Notes under the pieces: generated by a model
The model's database searches: none
What the model was told of the DNA's origin: nothing
Seen by the model: only the letters and a program-made list of their open reading frames with translations
Part shown: in pieces, positions 1-12,099 of the stretch
How the letters are laid out: the number at the start of each line of letters is the position of its first letter
How positions within the stretch are numbered: the first letter of the stretch is position 1
Translations under genes and position numbers: made by a program
Source of the DNA: Octopus vulgaris
Taxonomy: Eukaryota
Length of the DNA: 64,000 nucleotides
Direction: 5' to 3'
Assembly (NCBI GenBank): GCA_951406725.2
Contig: OX597820.1
Span: forward strand, 57,412,001-57,476,000

Positions 1-1040
1 AGAGAAACAAGGAGAGAAAAAAATGCGTGCAGAAGCTAGCGAATCAACATGGCGATATATATATATATCAAAATAAGCAACAGGGATATCCAGAGGTAAT
101 GCAGTACGATCGTTCCATGCAACTCCATTTAATTGAACAATGAAATCATTTCATTACATCAATTTAATATGTAGAGCAATACATACATATTGTTATCCCA
201 TGAATAATGCGGGTTTTTTTTCATTTGCATGAACTAAATGTCTCGGAGGTGTACGGGATAAAATATTTGCATGAACTTGCAATAAAAGCAGGTAGAATGC
301 ATTGATTTATATAATTTCAATAAACTTTTTCTCTAAACATAAGTATAATAACTATAATAATAAAGACGCATATAAAGAATATAAGAATAGAATTCAATTG
401 ATAAGATTATATATGATATAAACTAAAAGCAATTTAAAACAATAATAAGTTAGAAGAATTTAAAATATATCTGATTACTTCTTTTAATAACCACGTGGTC
501 CTTACTGCCTAGTAATTATCCACTACTGTTATCAATAACCTTTACAAAAATTCAAATAAGTTTTTGCAGTAATTTTCGTACGTTTGTCATTCAGTTTGAT
601 AATCGAGTCATTCAAAGTCACGAAAAAAATTAGCGCCATGAAGTTAGTCATTCAAATTCGTTTTTCGATCAATTTATTTAGCACTTTGGTCAAAGAATTT
701 AGCATTTACATCATTCAAAATAAAATGCCCGTCGAGAGCATTCAAATTAGTCAGAATGCAAGCATTCAAATTCGCACGTGAGCCTTCGAGTTCGGAATAA
801 GTTTATTCAATTTATCTCTAATTTTAAATGTGTGTTTTTACTTGCATTCTAAGAAGTGAATATTAAAAAGATAAATTTAAATGACATGTTTTGTCATGCA
901 AATTCTCTTGTTTTTATAACTACAAGGAAGAAATAAATTACGTGATTCTTCTGTCCACGAAAAGCTTTTTCATTGCAACATTCGTAACCGGCCAATATTG
1001 GTTACATTTTGTACCCTTTCTCTTACAACAAATTGTAACC

Positions 1041-2620
1041 ATGGAGCCACGCGTAAGGTACATGTATATATCGGACGAAGATAGGGCAAAGCTGTTTGAC
1101 GCCTTCGAGGGGCATCAAACCGATTACCTGAAGCTGGCATTAAAAGGAGTACTGCCCGATCCATAGTAGCGACCTACCTGCGGTGTTGGAGGCACCACAA
1201 GTTGCACAGAGTAGGTGCCCACCGCGTTAAGGAAATGCGAGCCCGGCTTCAGGTGATTATTGATGCCAACCCACTCGCAACCCTTCAACAGAAGAGTGAC
1301 TTAGAGGCAGCATTGCCCGGATAGCCGCCTGTTTCCGTGTCTGCAATCTCACGAGCTCTAGATCGGATGTTGATAACTATGAAGTTGGCCTAAGACGTCC
1401 CAGATGCAAGAAATGCCTCAAGAACTCTGGAAAAGCGTTATGAGTTCAGTGATCCCTCGTTTATCGCGGTATATTGGTTCCGAGACCGGCCGCGATAACT
1501 GAATTTCCGCGAAGTAGGGACACCATATTTACAGTATTTATTTAACGTGCATCTGGACTTTTAAAACCCTCCTTGCACTGTTAACAACCCACCCATTACA
1601 GTAGTCTATTAATAACAAGGAAAGCTGTTAAGCAATAACACTTAAGATTTAAAAAAATAAAGATTGTTACTGTAATCAACACGAAAGAAGTTGAAATAAA
1701 ATTTGAATGATGATGGTGATGAATTTGCTGCGCTGTAGAAATGATGAGGATGAAGCTGACGGCGGTGCCCTTTCCTGGGACACCTCTTCCACTTCTTCCG
1801 AAGGTGCAACCGTAGTAGTAGCAGTAGGAACTGGCTCTTTTTTGCGAGGCTGCAAAATCATTGTGATAGGAAGTTGCTGCTGCTGCTTCTTTTTCCGTTC
1901 AAAGAGCATATTGTAGAGATTCAAGACTCTCTTCATTGCACCTTGGGATTCGTCGTCTCCCTCCATTGTACCAATCACGGCCCCTATTAAGTTCAAATAC
2001 CCTGTATATGCTTTTTTCGCTATTTTACGCTTGTTTTGTTGTTCCTAGACTAGGAAATAGTATTTCTTATCAATATTTTAATGGATTCAATGAAAAATTT
2101 TAGGTGTTCATATATATCTTTTAAAAATCCGCGAAGTCGTGAATCCGCGATAGTTGAACCGCGAAGTAGCAAGGAATCACTGTATGCTCATTGGTTTATG
2201 GAAGAGGGAGTCGTCGACCATTGCGTATTCATTGATGAATGTGGGTACAACATTTGGACAGGCAGTCTTTTGGACGAACCCTCGAAGCACTTCTGTTCGC
2301 CGAGATGTCAACCGTCAGCGTGGGAAAAACTGCAACGTTACTTTCGTGGTTCCGGGAGAAATCGGCTTGGTTCATCACTCCATTGCGAACGATACTGCTA
2401 CACGGAACTCTTTCGAGGAGTTCTTGGCGGAATCAGTTCGAGAATATGCCGACATATTCCCAGCAGATGAATCCGTCTACTTGATCTATTACAACGCGCG
2501 GCCACACGTTTTGTGCCGAGCTCTCAGCTGACGCCGACCCACGGATCAGTCTGAAATTCCTGTCTCCCTACTAGTCGTTTCTTAATTGTACGGAAATGAT
2601 GCATTCTGCCTTTAGGGCGG
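1041..2620 (+). pseudogene. DDE_3 (Tc1/IS630-like) transposase pseudogene
   Basis: MEPRVRYMYISDEDRAKL...; EKRYE|YAHWFM..CVFIDECGYNIWT; GKNCNVTF..GLVHH; LIY(Y)NARPH..LKFLSPY*SFLNCTE. Frameshifts and stops are present. Confidence 0.85.
1447..2182 (-). mobile_element. Internally deleted pogo/Tigger-type element nested in the Tc1 transposase
   Basis: TIRs CAGTGATCCCTCGTTTATCGCGGT / ACCGCGAAGTAGCAAGGAATCACTG followed by TA. The minus-strand remnant KKKQQQQLPITM..acidic resembles a Tigger C-terminus. Excision restores the host reading frame. Confidence 0.8.
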
Positions 2621-3136
2621 CTGTCAGGTGGGACCTCGCTCGAGCTGAGTTGCAGCAATGAGTTGGCGACCGGGCAGCTGTAGAAGCACAAGTCATACAT
2701 GTCAAGATGCGTAACATCGACACTACCACTCCAGAAAATTGTGTTCGTTGGTATAGACATACCCAAATCTACCACCCGAGATGCTTCGACCACCAGACTA
2801 AATTCTCTCAAACAAACTCTCCTTAACAAGATTATGAACCAATAATTATCTTAGTGTTCATGGCACCCTTTCTCCGATGAAAGAAAAAATGCAAAATCAA
2901 AGAAATATATACTTTCCTCAAGAAGACATTCTATGCAAAGGAAGAACATATATCACAACGTGATGTATTAAAAATCGAAGAAAATGAGCATTTTTTTTGT
3001 AATTGTGAGTTTCTTTAGAAAGATTGAAAAGGCTGGAATGCGATTCCAGGAAGTCTTTAACAATAAATACATGTACCTTTGCAAAAATAAAAGAACACAT
3101 AGAAAAGGCATGGCCACTATAGAGTGCTTAAAGTAT

Positions 3137-3528
3137 GGATGGATGGAAGCACTCCGTCGGTTACGACGACGAGGGTTCCGGTTGACCCGATCAACGGAAC
3201 AGCCTGCTCGTGAAATTAACGTGTAAGTGGCTGAGCACTCCACAGACACGTGTACTCTTAACGTAGTTCTCGGGGATATTCAGCGTGACACAGAGAGTGA
3301 CAAGGCCGGCCCTTTGAAATACAGGTACAACAGAAACAGGAAGTAAGAGTGAGAGAAAATTGTGGTGAAAGAGTACAGCAAGGATCACCACCATCCCTGC
3401 CGGAGCCTCGAGGAGCTTTTTAGGTGTTTTCGCTCAATAAACACTCACAACGCCCCGTCTGGGAATCGAAATCGCGATCCTACGACCGCGAGTCCGCTGC
3501 CCTAACCACTGGGCCATTGCGCATCCAC
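3137..3528 (-). mobile_element. tRNA-derived SINE (head A, tail X; Octopus OR-like)
   Basis: A box TGGCCCAGTGG, B box-like GATTTCGATTCC, (CCAT)n tail, and an 11-bp TSD GCTTAAAGTAT at 3126-3136 and 3529-3539. Confidence 0.9.
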
Positions 3529-4016
3529 GCTTAAAGTATAAACAATGGATGAAAACATGATTATGATAACAATGGTCATGTGATAAAACCAAAACAGCTA
3601 TCGTGCTAATTTGATTGCTCGAAATGTTAAATAGATCGCTCCGAAACGAATTTGAATGCTCGTAAAGATGCTTCCGCGCATTCCGACTAATTTCAATTCT
3701 CTCGACGAGCATTTTAATTTGAATGAATGTAAATGCTAAATTCTTTGACCGAAGTGCAAAACTGAATAATCGAAAAACGAATTTGAATGACTAACTTCAT
3801 GGCGCTAATATTTTTCGCGACTTCGAATGATCCGATTATCAAATTAAATGACAAACGTACGAAAATTACTGCAAAAACATATATAATTAATTCTGAAATC
3901 CATCAATTTGCCATGTGACTATAAAGTATGTAGAATCAATCAAAAATAAGTATTCTATAATAACCACTCTTCACCTAGCTAAGAACATTTGCCAACTTCA
4001 ACAAACACTGCAGCTA

Positions 4017-4179
4017 GACGTAGGAGTGGCTGTATGGTAAGTAGCTTGATTACCAACCACATGGTTCCGGGTTCAGTCCCACTGCGTGACACCTTTGGCA
4101 AGTGTCTTCTACTATAGCCTCGGGTCGGCCAAAGCCTTCTGAGTGGATTTGGTAGATGGAAAGTGAAAGAAGCCCGTCG

Positions 4180-4233
<54 letters not shown>

Positions 4234-4476
4234 TGTGTGTCTGTGTTTGTGTGTGTGTGTATCTTTGTGTGTCTGTGTTTGTTCCCTCAACATCGCTTGA
4301 CAACCGATGCTGGTGTGTTTACGTCCCCGCAACTTAGCGGTTCGGCAAAAGAGACCGATAGAATAACTACTAGGCTTACAAAGAATAAGTCCTGGGGTCG
4401 ATTTACTCGACTAAAGGCTGTGCTCCAGCATGGCCACAGTCACATGATTGAAACAAGTAAAAAGAGTAAAAGAGTA
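4017..4476 (+). mobile_element. SINE family B (tRNA-like head, CORE-like motif, internal TA/TG microsatellite, CR1-type tail)
   Basis: Near-identical to copies at 42170, 50737 and 54040. Head GGAGTGGCTGTGTGGTAAG..GGTTCAGTCCC; tail CAGCATGGCC(G/A)CAGTC..TGA(C/T)TGAAACAAG(TAAAAGAG)n. Confidence 0.88.
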
Positions 4477-4550
4477 CTCCTGCTGAATTTTACCCAAACA
4501 ATCAGTTGAGAAAAAAACATCTCATGGAAGAATGTCATGGTTTACTACTG

Positions 4551-4599
<49 letters not shown>

Positions 4600-5155
4600 C
4601 ACCAAGCCTAATTCAAACTAAAAGCAGAGGAAAATTCCTCTTCGAACAACGTCATATTTATATACCGTGAAGAGATCGTACTAATAATGTATAAATTGCT
4701 CCTTATAAATATGCAACAATATGCAGTTAGTGCGATCGAAACACGTGTCGGACAATTTTTATGAATATACTAACTGGAAATAAATACAAAGTTTGAATAT
4801 TCAAATTCTTCATTCTCCTTATTATCAACATTGTGCTCTATACTATAAGTAGCCAGGAAACAAACTGTAGCATGGGATGGGAGCTGAAGTAACTTTACCA
4901 AAAAACGCACCATCTGAAAGAACCAGCCTTGGAATTTTACTCAAAGAAATTCGGTATATCTGCCTGGATGTTATATCCCTCCTCTTATTATATATATTCG
5001 GTATATAAAAACCATGTTTCTTTGTCGTCTGTTCTCAACGAATTAATGTTCATTAGACTGCGGCCATGCTGGAACACCACTTTGAAGAATCTTAGTTGAA
5101 TGAATTGACCCCAGTACTTAAAAAAAAAATTTTTTTTTAAACCAGATATTTAAAC

Positions 5156-5219
5156 CACCTGATGAATGACTGTAACTCGAAAATTTAAAGAAATTAACAG
5201 CCATAAAACGATCGTAGTG
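5156..5219 (+). ncRNA. Degenerate minimal type I hammerhead-like motif in a Penelope-type terminal repeat
   Basis: CAC-CTGATGA-ATGACTGT..ACAGCCAT-AAAA(for GAAA)-CGATCG-TA-GTG. A related 3' half lies on the minus strand at 101-120. Confidence 0.55.
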
Positions 5220-5345
5220 TTATATTAATTATATTTTTTTAATAATTTTGTTATATATTTAAATAATATAAATTAAATAATCTTATGTATTGGCTTAAGT
5301 TTTTCATTGTATGATTTGCCTAATAGTGGTTTTATCTCTAATTTA

Positions 5346-5423
<78 letters not shown>

Positions 5424-5639
5424 TAGATAGATAGATATAAATCGTTTTCATGCGAATTAAAATAAAATTTTATCCGTAGAGTTTTCACGCAAAACGTATA
5501 GAATGTATATTGATACTCTCATCTCGGTGGCGATTGAGAGAGTAAATTGAGGAAGGCTAGTTTGATGCTAAATATATACGGTAATCAATCTGACAACACC
5601 TACAGAGAAAAGAAGAAGAAATAAAGAATGTACAGTATG

Positions 5640-6792
5640 CGAGGGGTATTTGAGTTTAGTTCATTACACCTTCAAATTATTTAATGTATCAGTCTTATTA
5701 TTTTGTTTCAGATAACCGTTTCAAGATACCACGCTAACTCAAAAAATGAAAAGACACGCAGTCATAGTTGCTATACATGCAAACTACAGTGATTTAGAAA
5801 TTAGCAACTTTCTAAATATTGCAAGTTCATTTGTACACAAAGTTCTGTTGGAATTGGAGGTTTGTGATGCTAATGTTTCACTTGCATCAAAGAAGATAAA
5901 AACGTTCAGACGCTAAAAGGACACTGGAGTTTATACAACATGTTCAAAATATTATCGATGAAAACCCCAGAAGATCAATGAGGTCCATTGCTAAAGAACT
6001 TCCGGTGTCAGGGTGGACTATCAGAACTGTGGTACATTGTGACATTCGATACAAGTTCTATGTGTTGAGGAAAGGCCAATTCGTGTCTGCAAAGACACAG
6101 GAAAACCGTCTCACCCATTCAAAACGGTTACTTAACAAAATGACAAACCCTCTTGAACAAGGCATGCTTTGGTTTTTACTCAGACAAAAAAAAACTTTTA
6201 TCAGGATCAAAAGTCCAACAAAAAATGAAAGGTGGTCATGTGCAGATTCTTCTGAAGTACTTAGAGTGATGCACACGAAATTTCCAGCAACTGTGATGGT
6301 TTTAGGAGTGTCTTAGAATTAAAGCTGCTGGGTATATTGAGGTACTGGAAACTATTATCAAGCCCTGGATTGATAAAGTATGCAATGGAAGGCCATACGT
6401 GTTTTAACAAAACTCAGCACCTCACAAAGACCTAGTCACCAAAGAATGGTCCTCAGACAATCTTGACAGTTATGTAACACCCAATATGTAGCCTCCAAAC
6501 TCCCCAGATTTGAACCTCATGGACTAATACACGTGGAACGCTGTTGAAAGGGAGACTAATCGTCATCCTCATAATACCATAGCCTCACTGAAAGCCGCCA
6601 TTGTCCATAAAGTGTCAGCATGCCCGCAGTTTCGGTCCTGCATTGAAGCAAACATCGAAGGCGGGTTCATAGAATATTGTGCTTTAAAAAAATTATTTTC
6701 AAGACTAATTGCATAAATGTTTATTGAAATACATATTTATTTCTGCTGAAATATAGTTGTTTTATTGTATGCTACAACTGTCCTCAAATACC

Positions 6793-6797
<5 letters not shown>
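5640..6797 (+). mobile_element. maT/DD37D-type mariner-like transposon, decayed
   Basis: TIR GAGGGGTATTTGAG at 5641-5654 and 6783-6796. Remnants SMRSIAKEL, FSDKKNF, TKFPATVMVLGV, QNSAPH...PPNSPDLNLMD, GGFIE. Confidence 0.88.
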
Positions 6798-6889
<92 letters not shown>

Positions 6890-7246
6890 TACATACATAC
6901 ATACATACATACATACATACATACATACATACATACATACATACATACAGATATATATATATATATATACATCGCGGCCCTAAGGAGTGATGAGAAATAA
7001 ACAAACTTTAGATTAGTTCAAACATGTTTGTGACATATTGTAAATTCTAGAGGCAATTTCACTGTAGTTTACTGCGTAGAAAAATTCAGGCTTTTGGTAA
7101 AAAAAATCTAAAAACACCTTATCTGCTCAGTGTCACCCTCTATCGGACTCCTTGACGTGTTTCTGGCTCCTTAGTCTTCCTCAGTAGGAGATAGGAGATA
7201 CCGAAGCGAGATAACCCTGAGTAGATTAGAAAGCTGTAGCTTTACT

Positions 7247-7441
7247 GCGTGTGTATCGTTGGCGATTTTATTTCTCCGTCTTCCCTTCCTTGGACTTTTC
7301 CTTTTTCTATGTTTCCGACGAAGAGCTCCGCTCGAAACGTTAAATCCTCCTTCTTTCTTTCCTTTCCTGGGTGTCCCATAACACTGTACTTGTTCCACGT
7401 CCTCGCGTTGTTGTGTTTTGTCTTTGTTCATGTTTGGATTA

Positions 7442-7445
<4 letters not shown>
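7247..7445 (+). repeat. Penelope-type terminal repeat (family H1) with hammerhead-like motif at 7311-7344
   Basis: Homologous to 50960-51158 and 19470-19640. Motif TTT-CCGACGAA-GAGC-TCC-GCTC-GAAA-CG-TT-AAA. Ends in (TA)n. Confidence 0.65.
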
Positions 7446-7488
<43 letters not shown>

Positions 7489-7621
7489 GTATATATATAT
7501 ATACATATATATATATTTACACACACACACTCAGGCGCGCGCACACACACACACACACACTCAGGCGCGCGCACACACACACACACACAAGGTAGATGCA
7601 GTCACATTGCCTAAACTTTGT

Positions 7622-7785
7622 GATGGCCGTCTTAGTAGCATTTTAGGCCTCGAGTCAAATCATTGCACTAGGCCCTATAGTATCTTTAAACAGCAAATCA
7701 CAGCATCCACAGATTAGAATTTGGCCCCTACGTCTGTAGGGCCTCTGCACAATGCCCAGTGTACTCAAGTCTTAAGATGGCACTG
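7622..7785. mobile_element. Short MITE with GGCCGTCTTA-type TIRs
   Basis: GATGGCCGTCTTAG...CTTAAGATGGCACTG. A partial second copy lies at 9804-9930. Confidence 0.55.
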
Positions 7786-8290
7786 ATCTTAGCGAATACA
7801 GAGTATATAAAACAGATACGGCAGCAGAGTCGGAAGTTTCCTACATTGAAAACTATGCGAGCGTTATGGAAATATGTTCAGAAAAGAGATGAACAAATAT
7901 ACAACATAAAATACCACAGAGAATGATGAAAGTAACCATATTCTTCGGATATTCAATTCACATAAAAAGAGGGAGAGACGAAGGTACAAAGAGAGTGGGA
8001 AAGAGAGATAGAGTGATAGAGGAGAAATCTCTTAGATACTATTGTTAAAGACAATCAAGAGAATTAATGTCTTCTAATCGCTGAATCAATTCTAACGGAC
8101 GACGATATATCTCAACAAAAAAGCGAAATTATCCGAACATGAAGATCTGAAAATATAGATATCTACAAAGTGGGGATTAAAGACAAACAATGGCCATAAT
8201 AATTGGAATCTTTAGAATGATAAAATGAGGCGCAAATATATAAACAATACCCCCATAACTTAGGCACATACAGCTAGTAATGCATTAGCT
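7786..8290 (+). pseudogene. Ancient diverged Dong/R4-like RLE LINE 3' fragment
   Basis: Aligns colinearly by eye with 29015-29480 (e.g. KLSEHEDLKI*IST KWGLKT..IIIG vs KLSKYKDLEIEVTRMWNLKT..IIVG). Confidence 0.7.
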
Positions 8291-8369
8291 GTGCCTATCA
8301 TAAGTTATAATGTAATAAAGTAGAAGATGATCGAACTAAGATTAGACAGAAATAGAGGGAAATTAATGA

Positions 8370-9510
8370 CTATATTTAGAATATATCATTCCTAAATAAA
8401 TGATAATAGATGGTGTTTACCACCTACACTTAGAAAATCCGCGATTATATATAAGCTATAGGTTTACATAAATGTATACAACAGAAAAGGATACAAATTG
8501 ATTAATATAAAAATAATTAAACACACACACTCGAACACATAAAAATTGCATCTTCGCAGAGGTGGATGAATGCAAACAGCATGAGAACTAAAAAAAAAGA
8601 AAACGAAAGAAAGGGAAATTTTCAAAGGAAAGCCGATTTTAAGAAAATATATAATTCACAAGAAAAATATATGCTTGAATGGTGGAACGTAAATTTTTTT
8701 GTGTCTTCCATACAATCTGCATTGAAAGATCCAACAGATTATCGAGATCGAAGCTCAAATTTAAAAACTGAAACCGGAGACCTTTTCTAATAGAAGCATA
8801 GAATCTTTTGCCGTTCCACCAATATGATTCTTAATAAATTTATCAAAAAAAAAAAAAATCATGTGATCACAAAATATTCAACCCTAGAGAAAACTGAATA
8901 TACCAACTGGAAACTAAGCGAAAATTATATATTTGGCATAGAAAATAGGTATGCGGTTTCGAGAAGTAGTTGAGTAACAATATTCTTAGAAATGTCTAAA
9001 GAAATAGGTATACGTTGTCCAGACATTATCGTGAAAGACCTATAGAAAGCAAAAATGCCAGCTAATAAGAGCTTAGAAAATTAAAAGGAATGTTCGTAGA
9101 CATGACAGCAAAATTTGGTTGCAAATAATTTTGTGTTTTATTTCCTAAATATCAACAAAAATATAAATCTCAGCAGAACTTGTTAATAAATTAATGTTAT
9201 GATAATTCTATAGAACGCGGTTTGTAAACGCAGGTTACAAAAGAACAAATTTAGATTTCAGATTTTAATTTACAACAAAAGAAGTGAAGTTTACGTAAAT
9301 ATTTGTAAAAAAAAATGTGCATCGATAAGTAAATTGGATAATTTGTTGTCGAACTGTTATGGAAAATCCACATGATACTTTCATGTTTTCGTATCAATAG
9401 AAAAAAAATTGTGATATAGTTAAATGTTTGTGAGCAGATTAAATAACGAGCAGAGATTGAACGTAAACTAAGTTGCGTGTTTTTTTTAAACTAGTAGAAG
9501 CTATTGTCGT
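8370..9510 (+). pseudogene. Highly decayed Ty3/Gypsy pol relic (RT end, RNase H, integrase start)
   Basis: Ordered weak motifs YLEYII (8373), DGV, SAL..P, KYSTLEK..W..NYIFG (8872-8937), AGYKRT..YVNIC, FFKLVEA (9481). Confidence 0.45.
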
Positions 9511-10156
9511 GAAATATTTTTTCGTTTATTTAATGTTCTTCGTGATTTCAGATAACCAATTCTACACTATCGAGGCTGAGTCCTGGGCTAAAAATAGTTA
9601 AGAGCTGCAGAGATTGCGAAATAATAAGGGTTGTTGTAACAGTCAGTAAATTGTAACTGTCAGTAAATATATATATATATATATATATAAATACATATAT
9701 ATACATATATATACATATATTTACACACACAGACACACAGAGGCACACGCACACACACATAAGGTACATGCAGTCACATTGCTTCTTGTTGCATAAACTT
9801 TGTGATGGCCGTCTTAGTAGCATTTTAGGCCTCAAGTCAAATCAACGCACTAGGCCCTATAGTATCTTTTAACAGCAAATCACAGAATCTATAGATCAGA
9901 ACTGGGCCCCTACGTCTGTGGGGCCTCTGGGCATTTTAAAAAATTTCCTAAACTCTTATTAGCAGGCATTTTTGCTTTCTATAGGTCTTTCACGATAATA
10001 TCTGGGCAACTTATACCTATTTCTTTAGACATTTCTAAGAATATTGTTACTCAATTACTTCTCGATACTGCATACCTATTTTCTATGTCAAATTTCACTT
10101 GCATTATATAGTTCTAAAATTTACTTGTTTTGGCAATACATGCACTAAAAATGATA

Positions 10157-10789
10157 TTCCGTCAGTTACAACGAAAAGGGCTTCCGTTGATCCGATCAAC
10201 GGAATAGCCTGCACGTGAAATTAACGTACAAGTGGCTGAGCTTTCCACAGACTCGTGTACCCTTAATGAAGTTCTCAAGGAGTTTCAGAGTGGCACAAAA
10301 TGTGACAAGGCTGGCTCTTTGAAATACAGGTACTACTAATATTTGCCAGCTGAGTGGACAAGGGCAATGTGAAATAAAGTGCTTCACTTAAGGTTATGTG
10401 GAGGCACATAGCCTAGTGGTAAGAGCAGCGGACTCGCGATCGAGGGATCGCGGGTTCGAATCTCAGACCGGGCGATGTGTGTGCTTATGAGCGAAACACC
10501 TAAGCTCCACGCGTCTCCTGCAGAAGGTAATGGCGAACTTCTGCTGACTCTTTCACCACAGCTTTCTCTCACTCTATCCTCCTGCATCTTGCAACTCACC
10601 TGCGACGGACCGGCATCCCGTCCAGGTGGGGAACCTTTACGCCAAGGAAACTGGTAAACCGGCCCATTATGAGCCAAGCATGGCTCGAGAAGGAACAAAC
10701 AAACTCAAGGTTATAATGCGCCGCCTGGAATTGAACTCACGTCCTTATGATCGTGAACCGAATACCACAACGACTAAACCAGGCACATT
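10157..10789 (-). mobile_element. CORE-type SINE (head D, tail X) split by a nested SINE
   Basis: Tail X matches 3150-3330. The head resumes at 10703-10789 after the insertion. Confidence 0.8.
10398..10702 (+). mobile_element. tRNA-derived SINE (head A, tail Y variant), nested
   Basis: GTGGAGGCACATAGCCTAGTGG..GGTTCGAATC; (ACAA)n tail; TSD ACTTAAGGTTAT / ACTCAAGGTTAT at 10386-10397 and 10703-10714. Confidence 0.88.
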
Positions 10790-11342
10790 CCGCAGTACTC
10801 AAAATAATATAGCTCTCAACAGGTTATTAATTTCTGATTGGTTAAAATAACTCACTAAACAGTGAAATTACAATACTGTTTGTACGGAAGTCGTCACAAG
10901 AATTTCTAACCTTCGAAACCTTTTGAGAAATTATCAAAGTTTAAACATTTTGTAATTTTACATGTTTCAATATCGCATTTTGTGCGATTGGTTTAAATTG
11001 CCGAAATGCTCGAAATTTCAGACGAAATATCTTACAAACTATAGAATTTTCTCAATAAAGCCAAGAGAAAATGATGTTTTATAAACACATTCTACCAGTA
11101 TACGAAGTTTAAAATTTTTTAGTTACCTAGAAATTGTTACAAAGTGCCGTTCAAAAGGAAAAGATCCCAATAGTATTGTTACTTATAGGTTTCCAACTGG
11201 CCAATCTCTAGAGTGAGAGTGACAAGGGCGCATCTGTGCAACTCAGACACAACAAATACTACAGAGCCTTTTAGCTTGAAAGAACCGGTTTGTCGCCTTT
11301 CTCCACAACGATATCTACATCATTCACTAATACATGTCGACA

Positions 11343-11687
11343 TAGGCGCCGGCGTGGCTGCGTAGTAAGACGTTTGCTTCCCAACCACATGGTTCCGGGC
11401 TCAGTCCCACAGCGTGGCACCTTAAGTAAGTGTTCTATTATAGCCTCACGCCAACCGCGGAAATTGAAAGAAGCCCGTCGTGTGTGATATATCTTTTACT
11501 TGTTTTGACTGCGGCTATGCTGGAGCACCGCCTTTAGTCGAGCAAATCGACCCCGGAACTTATTCTTTGTAAGCCTAGTACTTATTCTATCGGTCTCTTT
11601 TGCCGAGCCGCTAAGTTACGAGGACGTAAACACACCAGCATCGGTTGTCAAGCGATGTTGGGAAGACAAACACAGACACACAAACAT

Positions 11688-11776
<89 letters not shown>

Positions 11777-11797
11777 TATAAGCATATATACGACGGG
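11343..11797. mobile_element. SINE B halves in opposite orientation (5' half +, 3' half -)
   Basis: 11343-11485 is the head on +. 11493-11797 is the reverse complement of the tail and microsatellite. Confidence 0.75.
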
Positions 11798-12099
11798 CTG
11801 AATGCCCTAACCATTAAGCCACGCGCCTTTACTCAATGCAGATACATATAATACTGGGGAATACTACAACTCGTGGCTATTTTAAACTCAAGTACAAGGA
11901 CTGAAATATGGAAGAAGGTTTTATCAATTATACGAACCCGGGTGCTTTAGTTTATCGACCCCAGAAGAATAAAAGGCAAAATTGACTCTGGCAGGATTCG
12001 AACTCCTACATTAAAGAGCCGTAACTAAATATTGCAAGGCATTTTGTTGCGAAGAGTTTTAAATATTCGACCAATACATCACTTACAATACAATAACTC

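Larger units (their letters stand above)
560..3878 (+). mobile_element. Tc1/IS630-like DNA transposon with ~210-bp TIRs, decayed, carrying two nested insertions
   Basis: 560-775 (GTTTTTGCAGTAATTTTCGTACGTTTGTCATT...) is the reverse complement of ~3650-3878. Transposase remnants lie between the two repeats. Confidence 0.88.

Noticed and set aside
10398-10472. Functional tRNA genes in SINE heads
   Set aside because: No complete acceptor stem; the heads run into SINE bodies with TSDs.
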